Virus record (IMG/VR): IMGVR_UViG_3300035698_004757
Location: 1 to 64,000 of that record
Source: a virus
Length of the DNA stretch: 64,000 nt
Reading direction: 5' to 3' (one strand)
In this document: in pieces, positions 28,940-37,393 of the stretch
Position numbering within the stretch: the stretch's first letter is position 1
Layout of the letters: each line of letters begins with the position of its first letter
Program-made: the position numbers and the translations under genes
The notes under the pieces: generated by a model
The model's input: only the letters and a program-made list of their open reading frames with translations
Database searches by the model: none
Told to the model about the DNA's origin: nothing

Positions 28940-29722
28940 GTGGCGGAAGAATCAGCCGATGAGGTGTTGACGATACAGTCCGTACGTGACTACGTGCTTG
29001 GGCACTTGGGCGCGTCACAAGTGGACATTGAGTTATTGTCTGGCGACATCGACCGCGCTGCGACACAAACGCTTCGCGTCTTCAATCGTTACTGCCCCCG
29101 ATTCTCGTGGTCGGCATTACCGTTTGCTGTCTCGCGGCGACGTTACGAAATTGTGCATCCCGGCTTGCTTGGTGTGACCGACGTGTCGTTTTTGACTCGT
29201 GACGACAACAATGAGTTCAGCGACCTGTTCGACCCGTTGGCACCCACTGCAACAGGTGGGCTGGGTGGCGGGTCCATGTACTCAGACTACGCGATGATCC
29301 TGAATTACCGCGAGATGGCGAGCCAAGTCGCGTCCACCGAAGCAGAGTGGCGAGGTGACTGGGAGCGCAGAGACGTGGGCGGGTCCGTTAAGCGGGTCTA
29401 TGCTCTTTACGTTAGCGCCACATCCGCAGTGCGCCGGGCGTCATACGAATACACTTGGCACATTAAGTTTGCCGATGGTGAGGACGGCGGGTTGACGTGG
29501 GTGCCCGCGCCGGATCACGACTGGTTTTTACGGCACACCTACAATGAAGTGTTACCGCCGTTGGTGCGGGCGCTCGACAAGTTCGGCGGTGTGATGACAC
29601 CCGAAGGTGGCAACGATCCGACGGACTCCGGCACGTTACAGTCGAAGTATGAATCGGATAAAGCGACGTTGTTGGAAGAGATTAAGTTGCGGTCACCCCC
29701 ACCCTTACCCAGCCTCGGGTAA
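28940..29722 (+). CDS. Neck/head-tail adaptor (T4 gp13-like)
   Basis: N-terminal VRDYVLGHLGA..VDIEL..DID.A..TL.VFNRY pattern; position after capsid. Confidence 0.7.
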   Translation: MAEESADEVLTIQSVRDYVLGHLGASQVDIELLSGDIDRAATQTLRVFNRYCPRFSWSALPFAVSRRRYEIVHPGLLGVTDVSFLTRDDNNEFSDLFDPLAPTATGGLGGGSMYSDYAMILNYREMASQVASTEAEWRGDWERRDVGGSVKRVYALYVSATSAVRRASYEYTWHIKFADGEDGGLTWVPAPDHDWFLRHTYNEVLPPLVRALDKFGGVMTPEGGNDPTDSGTLQSKYESDKATLLEEIKLRSPPPLPSLG

Positions 29723-29723
29723 T

Positions 29724-29738
29724 TTGACGCTGCGTCAA
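29724..29738. repeat. 15-bp palindrome (copy 9)
   Basis: TTGACGCTGCGTCAA, 1 nt before ATG 29740. Confidence 0.9.
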
Positions 29739-29739
29739 A

Positions 29740-30291
29740 ATGACTTACCACAAGCCACATATCCCGGACTTCCGCAAGGTGGCGAAGAGCCTGCGGGCGG
29801 TCGCGCGGACTACGGCCGTCGAGCATGCTGACGAGTTCGCTGAGGATGAGCGCATCGCGTTCCGGTCGCGGGTGCAAGCACAGCAGTTTGATTCGTTCGC
29901 GTCGGTCCCACTGTCTGAGAAGTGGTTGGCGAGGAAGAGAGCCGCTGGGGCTGACTTGCGCACCATGATCGCAACGCATCATTACCTCAACCAGATCAAG
30001 ATACAAAAGCGCGTCAACGCAAATGGATCGACGACCGTTGTGGTGAGCCACGACACGCAGACTCTTGCACGCAAGCTGGACGGCACCCCGGCAGATATAC
30101 TGTTGGCAGAAGTGGCACGGGTGCAAGAGCATGGGTCTGCAAACCACGTCGTCCCTGCCCGGCCGCATTGGGGTCCGCATTTTCATGGCATGCACCAGCG
30201 CGCCGTGCAACGACGCAAGGATGTTCGGGCGGACGTGGCAAAACGACTACAACTGTTGCACCCGACGATGCCGAAGATGAAAGGCGTGTGA
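29740..30291 (+). CDS. Virion morphogenesis / HK97 gp10-like neck protein
   Basis: PLS..W.ARK..L.T..AT..Y and A.VQEHGS..VPARPHW.P motifs. Confidence 0.65.
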   Translation: MTYHKPHIPDFRKVAKSLRAVARTTAVEHADEFAEDERIAFRSRVQAQQFDSFASVPLSEKWLARKRAAGADLRTMIATHHYLNQIKIQKRVNANGSTTVVVSHDTQTLARKLDGTPADILLAEVARVQEHGSANHVVPARPHWGPHFHGMHQRAVQRRKDVRADVAKRLQLLHPTMPKMKGV

Positions 30292-30875
30292 TGTCATATT
30301 TTCCACCCGAGGTACTGACCGGCACCGAGTTCCCCCTAGCGTGGGGCAAAGACGTGCAGACTGCGGCAAAGCTGATTGAGCGCAAGTATCGACGCCACGC
30401 CCCGCCGCTGTCGTATTACTCGATCAAGGCACAGGTGGACGTACCTGACGTTGAACTGGTGGACCCGTTGCTGGGTGGTATTGAGGGCTGGACCATGTTC
30501 GACCCGATTGAGGGTGAGACCGTGCCCGGTACCGCGAGTGGTGAGTGGGAGCAGCCGCATACATCTGACTCAGTGGATGCAGCCGCCCACAGGGTGTTTG
30601 AAGAAGCGGTTGTGATGCACATGTCGGTGAAGGCGGAGGCGAAGGAGACAGAATTAAAAACGTACGGCTTTGAGGAACTACGTGACCTGCTGGTTACAAT
30701 CCCGAAGACCATCCTTGACGCGGCTGGCGTGACTGTGACAAACGGGGACGAGTTGGTGTGGCGCAAGCAACGGTTTGAGGTGATTGAGTGGAACAACGCG
30801 GGGTACTGGAAGTCCAACCCGGACGTGCAATTCTTTATCGTCATCAATGCAACACATGCGAAGGTGGGGAGTTAA
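30291..30875 (+). CDS. Head closure/neck protein (gp14-like)
   Basis: ATG 30291 coupled to upstream stop; LK.YGF...DL.V.IP..L...G.....GD.L.W...FEV. Confidence 0.6.
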   Translation: MSYFPPEVLTGTEFPLAWGKDVQTAAKLIERKYRRHAPPLSYYSIKAQVDVPDVELVDPLLGGIEGWTMFDPIEGETVPGTASGEWEQPHTSDSVDAAAHRVFEEAVVMHMSVKAEAKETELKTYGFEELRDLLVTIPKTILDAAGVTVTNGDELVWRKQRFEVIEWNNAGYWKSNPDVQFFIVINATHAKVGS

Positions 30876-31300
30876 TGCCCGAGCCACGTACACACTACGG
30901 TAAGGTGCTATCGGTTGAGCCGAGACTGGGTACGTTGCGCGTTGACTTTGACCTTGGGTTTGGTGTGCGACTCAGCCGTCTGGTGGACATTGAAGGTGTG
31001 GCACCCGATATGGTGGACGAGCGGCACAGAAATGCGGTGCAGCATTGCTTGGTGGTTTTACTGGTGGGCCGTCGCGTGATTCTCAGGACAAGGCAGATCG
31101 AGGGCCGGACGATCGCAAGAGTTTATGTCGCCGACGTGATTAAGACGCCGCCGGATGACGAGGCCACGATGGTACGAGTTCCCGGCACTGACCACGCCGT
31201 GTTGGCCGTGGGTCCGTTCTTGCGGTGGTTGTCGGTGCGTAATTACAGGGCGTCGTTGGTGGCCAAAGTGTTGAACGGGAAATACTATGCCGCTGCCTAA
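30875..31300 (+). CDS. Degenerate thermonuclease-like protein
   Basis: TAATG coupling; KVLSV..GTLRVDFDLGFGV..VDIEGV..GRTIARVYV; the DGDT and DTPE motifs are not retained. Confidence 0.55.
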   Translation: MPEPRTHYGKVLSVEPRLGTLRVDFDLGFGVRLSRLVDIEGVAPDMVDERHRNAVQHCLVVLLVGRRVILRTRQIEGRTIARVYVADVIKTPPDDEATMVRVPGTDHAVLAVGPFLRWLSVRNYRASLVAKVLNGKYYAAA

Positions 31301-32867
31301 CAACTTTGAACAGTTTATCCGTGTTCACCACATTGCATTCTACACGTGGCTGCGCACGTGCCTCGTGGACTACGGTGAGGTGCCGCAAGGCAGTGGCAAC
31401 GACTATAAGGATGTCCCCATCATTGCGACGCGGTCTGGTGTGGAGCGTGCGTTTGGCACGATTGCACAGTTGTTGCTTAGGCACGGTTGGGTACCCGGGG
31501 ACTCGCAGTCGGAACGGGAGCAGAACGCAAAGAACTACGATGTGATCCCGGCTCCGTTTTGCACCTACAACATCACGGAAGACCCAACCCCCGATCCCGG
31601 CCGCGCGTTCGGCGCACCCATGACCATGCGCAAGCTGCGGTTTAACGCCGCGACCGGTGAGTACGAGTCGCATCGTGCGCCGACCCCGTGGCGGTGCGGT
31701 TTTGTGGTCAACCTGTTCTGCCGGAAGCGTTACACAGAGCAACATTTTCGGAACTGGCTGTACGAACAACTCGGAGCCGTCGGCGCAGGTAACGCGGAGA
31801 TATTTATCCCGGTCGCGCACGCGGAGCCGTGGGGGACGCTGGTGCAGGCGATCAAGTTCACAGGCAGTAGTGACAACAGCGAACTAGAAGGTGACAATCA
31901 GAGGTTCCTTCGTGTGGACTTCAATTTTGATTTCAGCATGTGGTACATGCACCCGCCGGTCGCAACAGCGCCGCCGGTATCGTCCAAGCAATTCCATATC
32001 GCCACCACCGGCGTGAACTACGGCGTGGATCATTTGGAGAATGTGACGGTGCAGGGTGCCACGTTCTCCCAGTCAGAGAATATGGCTGGGTTCATGGCGG
32101 CCCGCACAGGAAGGCCGGATGCGTGGAATAAGACGCTTGCTACGACCGTGGCCAAGGTGGATGTCCGCCCGGTGAAAGCAACAATGCTACATCCGGATGT
32201 ACAACCCACATTGAAGATTGACTACGTGGGGGGTGACCCTGAGTTTGTGACCGTGGCAGATGGGTTGGCAGCAGTGGGGGCGAATGGGCTGGGTGTGACG
32301 ACGGTCCAGTTCCAGTATCGGTCAACGCGGCCCGTGTACCTGACAGTGGCTCACGGGACGGGTGCAGATGCGTCTGTGCCGACCCAGTTGTATCGTGCAA
32401 CCCTGCCCATTGCGACTGCATGGCGTAAGTTCAGCCGGGCTATTGTGACTGACCTCCCAGTTTATTTCGTGGCGTTGGAGACGATGGAGGGTAGTCTACC
32501 TTGTACAACGTACGTGTTTGACTTGGACGTGCGTAACATTTATGCCTCCCCGCACATGCCGCCGACCGAGAAGCGGTCACACGGGGACAACTGGCAGTAC
32601 GTGTGGAAGGCTGTGGGGGCGTTGAACCACCTGTTGGTGTGCAAGGCTGACCACGACGCTGAGATTGCTGTGGGCGTGTTTGCAGACGCGGATGACGCGG
32701 CCCCAGTCGTAACCCGTACCCTGAATGGGACCGATGATGAGTGGCGGACAGCTATGCTGGTACGCCCAACAGGCACTACTTTGGGCTTGACCGTGCCAAA
32801 ATCGGTGGCCTCGCCGGTGGTATATGCCTTGCCGTTTTTGGGTGCTTACGAAGGTCACACGATTTGA
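31287..32867 (+). CDS. Tail terminator/sheath stabiliser (gp15-like) with C-terminal extension
   Basis: Position before sheath; P.P...F.VNLFC..DNSELEGD.QRF.R.DF.F pattern. Confidence 0.6.
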   Translation: MPLPNNFEQFIRVHHIAFYTWLRTCLVDYGEVPQGSGNDYKDVPIIATRSGVERAFGTIAQLLLRHGWVPGDSQSEREQNAKNYDVIPAPFCTYNITEDPTPDPGRAFGAPMTMRKLRFNAATGEYESHRAPTPWRCGFVVNLFCRKRYTEQHFRNWLYEQLGAVGAGNAEIFIPVAHAEPWGTLVQAIKFTGSSDNSELEGDNQRFLRVDFNFDFSMWYMHPPVATAPPVSSKQFHIATTGVNYGVDHLENVTVQGATFSQSENMAGFMAARTGRPDAWNKTLATTVAKVDVRPVKATMLHPDVQPTLKIDYVGGDPEFVTVADGLAAVGANGLGVTTVQFQYRSTRPVYLTVAHGTGADASVPTQLYRATLPIATAWRKFSRAIVTDLPVYFVALETMEGSLPCTTYVFDLDVRNIYASPHMPPTEKRSHGDNWQYVWKAVGALNHLLVCKADHDAEIAVGVFADADDAAPVVTRTLNGTDDEWRTAMLVRPTGTTLGLTVPKSVASPVVYALPFLGAYEGHTI

Positions 32868-32878
32868 CGCAGCGTCAA
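32864..32878. repeat. 15-bp palindrome (copy 10)
   Basis: Exact; contains TGA stop of 31287..32867. Confidence 0.9.
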
Positions 32879-32882
32879 GTGA

Positions 32883-32911
32883 TTGCAGCCGGGGAGCGTC
32901 TCCGGTATCAT
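32883..32911 (+). promoter_or_regulatory. Candidate sigma70 promoter TTGCAG-17-TATCAT
   Basis: 17-bp spacing, 4 bp after palindrome copy 10, upstream of the sheath operon. Confidence 0.5.
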
Positions 32912-32949
32912 TTAGAGAGAGTCGGACTACGAACTTGGAGATATCACCA

Positions 32950-33141
32950 ATGGCACAAGTTACTATCCACAATAAAACATCGCAATCCTTGAAGATCGCG
33001 GTCCTCGCCCAAGGGGCGCAACGGCCACATGCTGTGGTTATTGCCGCTCGCGGTAAGATCGGCCCGATCAATCGCGCGACGTTGACACAGTACACCGAAA
33101 ACCTATGCGCTCAGGGGCATTTGAGAATCGTCAAGTCTTGA
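32950..33141 (+). CDS. Small hypothetical protein preceding sheath
   Basis: SD GGAG before ATG 32950; 63 aa MAQVTIHNKTSQ...GHLRIV. Confidence 0.6.
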   Translation: MAQVTIHNKTSQSLKIAVLAQGAQRPHAVVIAARGKIGPINRATLTQYTENLCAQGHLRIVKS

Positions 33142-33211
33142 CGATCGAAGCCAGACCGACAGCGTACTACCACGAACCAGCTTGAACGTGTGAACCACAG
33201 GAGTCCTTGAC

Positions 33212-35557
33212 ATGCCCACGACGATCCGTAGCTCTGGCGTATTCGTGCAAGAGTACGATTTCTCACAACGCGCCCAGCAACTCGGCCTTGCCCGCGTCCT
33301 CTGCTTAGGTGCAGCGACCAAAGGCCCGTTGAACGAACCCACCCTTATCACCTCGGAGTCCGACTTGGTTCGCCAATTCGGTATTCCTGTGAGCGACGAC
33401 TACGGCCTGCATGCTGCTCTGCGGTTTCTGGCCAAGGGCAACAACCTGCTGTATCTGCGCGTCGCCGACGACGACGTAGTGGTAGGTGCTGCGGCTGCTG
33501 ATGTTCCGGTTCCCGGCTTAGCAGGTGGCACGTCCGCCGTTGCTGCGTCCGGCACCATTACGGTTGCTGCAAACCCCGACGACGCCGAAGTTATCACGCT
33601 GGAAGACGGCACGGACCCGGCTGTTGCCGCGACCGCGACCATCACGCTTGATGGGGCCGCCAACCCGACCGACACCGAGACCATCACTATTGACGACGGC
33701 ATTGTTGGCGCAGCGATTGTGTTTGAGTTTGACGACAACGCAGGTATCACGGGCGACGTGTCCGTGACCATCGGCGGTTCGGCTGCCGCGACGCTGGCTA
33801 CGCTCAAGACCGCTATTGAAGGCACCGCGCTGGCTGTGACCGTGACTGACACGTCGGGTGTCGGCGACCCGCAGTTGACGCTGACCCATACCACCCCCGG
33901 CATTGCAGCCAACGGTGAAGCCGTGACCGAAGCGGCCGCCGCGATCACCACCACAAACTTTGCGTCGGGTGCTGACAGCATAAGCGCCGTCACATTCGAG
34001 TTCGACGACGACGGCAGCGTGGTCTCGGGTAACGTCGCCGTACTGATTGGTGCGACTACCAGCGACACCGCGTCGAGTCTCGCAGCCGCCATTGCGGCCT
34101 CTGCGTTGGCCATCACCGTCAACACCAACCTGCAAGGCGCGTCTCCGATCCTGTCGCTGACGAACAACGCGACCGGCACCGCAGGCAACCAAGCCATCAC
34201 GACCGATGCAAATCCGGACGTGGCCCCTGTCGGCATGGTCAACGGTGCAGCGGCCGTGGCCGCAACGTCGCAAGCCAACGTGCTGACCTTCCGTGCCAAG
34301 ACGCCCGGCACACACGGCAACAACATTCAAATCGTTATCCAAGCCACTACGCAGACCGGCGGTACCGGTAAGGATGTTCTGGTTTACGCAGTCAAGGATG
34401 CGACCGTTGCGCAGACCCGGCAACTGGTCGAGCGTTACGTGGACATCAACCTGTCGGCTGCATCGCTGACGAAGTACATCGAGACCGTCATCGAAGACGG
34501 CACCGACACTGGGTTCCCTGCGAGCCGTTACGTTGAAGTGGACGTGCATCACGATGGTGCCACGCCGACCAACGGCACGTACACGCTGGGTGCAGGCGGT
34601 GGTGAAGTGGGCCGTAACGGTATCGACGGTCTGGCTGATGCGGACTACGTTGGCACCGTGAGCGGCACCGTCTCAACCGGCTTGCAAGCCGCTGCCAACT
34701 CTGAAAAGTATTCGTTCAACTTTGTCATGGTGCCGGGCGTGTCCACCAAGACCGTCATTGGGGCTATGATCGACCTGTGCGAGTCCCGTGGCGACGCCGT
34801 TGCATTGATCGACCCCCCGCTGGGCCTGTCCAAGCAAGGCGTGCTGGACTGGCACAACGGTTTGGACCAAGTCTCCGTCGAAGCGCCTATCGCTGCGATT
34901 GACAGCAGCTATGCTGCCGTCAACTGGCCGTGGGTGTATGACCATGACGCTTACACTAAAACTCAGTTGTGGCTGCCGCCGTCTGGCTTCATCGCCGGTG
35001 TCATGTCGTACAGCTTCGCAGCTTCCGCACCGCACTACGCAGCCGCCGGGCATAAGCGTGGTCGCGTGGGTGGCATCAAGATTGAGTACAGTGCCACGCA
35101 AGACGATCGCGCTGAACTGAACGGACAAGGCAACCGCGTCAATGCCGTCGTGGACTACGCAGTTGGGGACAGCCCCGGCTTCTTCATGTACGGCAACCGT
35201 ACCTGTCATCGCCCCGAGTCCATGTTGTCGGACCTGAACATTCGCAACGGTCTGTTGTACGCCGAGACGCTGTGCGCTAATGCGACGCGCGTGCTGGTGT
35301 TCGACCCCAACGACCCGGCGACGTGGGCCGAGTTCGCGGCTATCTGCAACCGCATCCTCAACGCAATCAAGTCCGATCGTGGGTTCAAAGACTTGCTTGT
35401 CATCTGTGATGAGTCCACCAACCCGCCTGACCAAGTCCGCGATCGCCGCATGGAAGCCAAGTTACTCGTCTCGCCGGTTCGCGCCACCGAGACCATCGTG
35501 CTGAACTTCGGTGTGTTCGAGTCCGGTGCCGAGTTCGATGAATCGTTGATCCCATAA
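33212..35557 (+). CDS. Tail sheath protein with inserted TFEFD modules
   Basis: SSGVFVQEYDFS..GAATKGPLNEPTLITS; AKTPG..GN; ID.CESRGD..ALIDPP; SSYAA..WPWV; LPPSG; GNRT; FDPND..W. Confidence 0.93.
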   Translation: MPTTIRSSGVFVQEYDFSQRAQQLGLARVLCLGAATKGPLNEPTLITSESDLVRQFGIPVSDDYGLHAALRFLAKGNNLLYLRVADDDVVVGAAAADVPVPGLAGGTSAVAASGTITVAANPDDAEVITLEDGTDPAVAATATITLDGAANPTDTETITIDDGIVGAAIVFEFDDNAGITGDVSVTIGGSAAATLATLKTAIEGTALAVTVTDTSGVGDPQLTLTHTTPGIAANGEAVTEAAAAITTTNFASGADSISAVTFEFDDDGSVVSGNVAVLIGATTSDTASSLAAAIAASALAITVNTNLQGASPILSLTNNATGTAGNQAITTDANPDVAPVGMVNGAAAVAATSQANVLTFRAKTPGTHGNNIQIVIQATTQTGGTGKDVLVYAVKDATVAQTRQLVERYVDINLSAASLTKYIETVIEDGTDTGFPASRYVEVDVHHDGATPTNGTYTLGAGGGEVGRNGIDGLADADYVGTVSGTVSTGLQAAANSEKYSFNFVMVPGVSTKTVIGAMIDLCESRGDAVALIDPPLGLSKQGVLDWHNGLDQVSVEAPIAAIDSSYAAVNWPWVYDHDAYTKTQLWLPPSGFIAGVMSYSFAASAPHYAAAGHKRGRVGGIKIEYSATQDDRAELNGQGNRVNAVVDYAVGDSPGFFMYGNRTCHRPESMLSDLNIRNGLLYAETLCANATRVLVFDPNDPATWAEFAAICNRILNAIKSDRGFKDLLVICDESTNPPDQVRDRRMEAKLLVSPVRATETIVLNFGVFESGAEFDESLIP

Positions 35558-35642
35558 ATTATGGGTTCGGGACGCAGGCCGCCCAAGTATGACGGATGAT
35601 TGATCCCTCACGACAGATAACCCCCGAGTAGGAGACTACATT

Positions 35643-36239
35643 ATGCCCCTCAGCGATCTATCCATGAACCACCTTGACGGACCGGCCGCACGGTACGAAC
35701 CACAGCGGGCAAACCACGGGGTACTGCGCATCCACGGGTTCGACTTCGGCGGTAACGACGCGAGCGTGCTGGAACTGGCTGTCAAGACGTTCCCGATGCC
35801 GAAAAGCACCACGAACGTGTCTGAGATTGATTTCATCAATCACAAGCGCAAGTTCCCCGGCAAAACCACGTACGACGACATCGCCGTTACGTTCAACGAC
35901 TACATCGACGGCGGCACCGCCCGGGCGATCGCTATCTGGCGTGAGCGCATCAAGGGTGGTCGGGACGGGCGCGTCGGGCTTAAAAGTGAAATTGCCCGTG
36001 ACGGCCTCGCGATCATGTTCGCGCCGGACGGCTCCAAGACCCGGTCCTTTGTCCTCAAGGGCATCTGGCCCAGTTCTGACGACTTCGGCGACATTGACTA
36101 CGCTTCGGACGAGCCGGTCATCATCAACGTGACCTTCACCATTGACCTTGCCATTCCGGGCATCGCGAACGTGAAGCTGCCGCTGCTTGAGCAAGCCGGT
36201 GCCGTTGGGCTGAGTACCCCGCTTGGTTCGACTGGTTGA
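35643..36239 (+). CDS. Tail tube protein (T4 gp19-like)
   Basis: YEPQRAN..P......I.FIN.KRKFPGK..YDDI.VTF.D..LKGIWP...GDIDY. Confidence 0.88.
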   Translation: MPLSDLSMNHLDGPAARYEPQRANHGVLRIHGFDFGGNDASVLELAVKTFPMPKSTTNVSEIDFINHKRKFPGKTTYDDIAVTFNDYIDGGTARAIAIWRERIKGGRDGRVGLKSEIARDGLAIMFAPDGSKTRSFVLKGIWPSSDDFGDIDYASDEPVIINVTFTIDLAIPGIANVKLPLLEQAGAVGLSTPLGSTG

Positions 36240-36303
36240 TCCATTTGACCCTTTTCAGCCACCAGTGGTGGTTGGTTGCTATTCAGTCGCTTTGTACGTG
36301 GTG

Positions 36304-36318
36304 TTGACGCAGCGTCAA
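36304..36318. repeat. 15-bp palindrome (copy 11)
   Basis: Exact; intergenic. Confidence 0.9.
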
Positions 36319-36367
36319 GCCGGGCGACTACAAACTTATTACTCCTTCAATCGTAGGAGACTGACTG

Positions 36368-37198
36368 ATGTCCGAACCGCAATGGATCGAACAGACCTTA
36401 CCGTCCGAGGGTGCCTTTTACGGACCCGACGCACTGTTACCCACACCTGAACTGCCTAATGGCGCAGTGAGCGTGCGGGCGTTTGCGTTCCGTGAGGAAG
36501 AGATGCTGGCTACGTCCGGCTCCCGTGGGGCGCAACGTATCCGCACGATCATCACCAACTGCCTTCGGTTGCCCGAAGGGTTCGACCCGAACATGTTGCT
36601 TGTGACCGATCAGATGGCATTGCTCTTGTACCAACGCATGTATAGCTTCGGTGCTGACCTGACGGTGCCGTGGACCTGCGAGAGTTGCAACACTGCCAAC
36701 ATGGACAAGGTTGACTTGGCTGAGTCGCTGGAAGATCGCAAGCCACGCGACGTGCAGCGCGTCATGCACACGGCCTACCCTGACCGGTATCCGGACAACA
36801 CCTCGTTTCCGTTGACCGAGCCGTTTGAACTGAACTTGGGTGGCCGCGTCGTAGGGCTACGCTACCTGCGGGTCAGTGACGAGATTGCGGTGGAGTCCGC
36901 GACCCGGCGAGCGAAGGCGCAGAGTGATTCACCTAGCGCACGTGCCGATCCGAGTTTCCGAGAGCATCGTATTCGCAGGATTGTGTCGATCGACGGCAAG
37001 GATAATCTGACGTACGAGGACCGTGAAGACTTTGTGGAAAGTTTGTCGTTTCTCGACGGCCGGGTCTACCAGAACTTTGTCAACAAGGCCGACACGGGCA
37101 TTGACCAGCGCGTGCTGCTGGCGTGCAAAGCGTGCGGCGCTGACCAGAACGTGACTATCGGGTTCGGGAACGAGTTTTTTTGGCCAACCGACGTATGA
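36368..37198 (+). CDS. Tail/baseplate hub assembly chaperone (T4 gp26-like)
   Basis: LPS.G.FY, REEE.L, R..SFG, CxxC twice, C-terminal FFWP; between tube and tape measure. Confidence 0.8.
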   Translation: MSEPQWIEQTLPSEGAFYGPDALLPTPELPNGAVSVRAFAFREEEMLATSGSRGAQRIRTIITNCLRLPEGFDPNMLLVTDQMALLLYQRMYSFGADLTVPWTCESCNTANMDKVDLAESLEDRKPRDVQRVMHTAYPDRYPDNTSFPLTEPFELNLGGRVVGLRYLRVSDEIAVESATRRAKAQSDSPSARADPSFREHRIRRIVSIDGKDNLTYEDREDFVESLSFLDGRVYQNFVNKADTGIDQRVLLACKACGADQNVTIGFGNEFFWPTDV

Positions 37199-37391
37199 TG
37201 CGTCGGAATTACGAGCCAACGAGTTTTTCCTGCTGTACCACGGAAAGGGATTCGATCAGGAAGGTATTGGCGTCATGTCGATGGAGTCTGTGCGATGGCA
37301 CACACAACGGCTGGCCGACCAGATTAAGCAGGAACATGACGCGCACGAGGAAGCAACACGTAAGGCTCGATCACAGCAACGACGGAGGTAG
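37176..37391 (+). CDS. Frameshift-accessed C-terminal extension of the chaperone (GT-like), not in ORF track
   Basis: +1 frame reads FFGQPTYDASELRANEFFLLYHGKGF..MS....W...L..QIKQE..A.E.A.RK*; no ATG/GTG/TTG before 37275; T7 run at 37175-37181. Confidence 0.6.
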   Translation, partial: FFGQPTYDASELRANEFFLLYHGKGFDQEGIGVMSMESVRWHTQRLADQIKQEHDAHEEATRKARSQQRRR

Positions 37392-37393
37392 CC

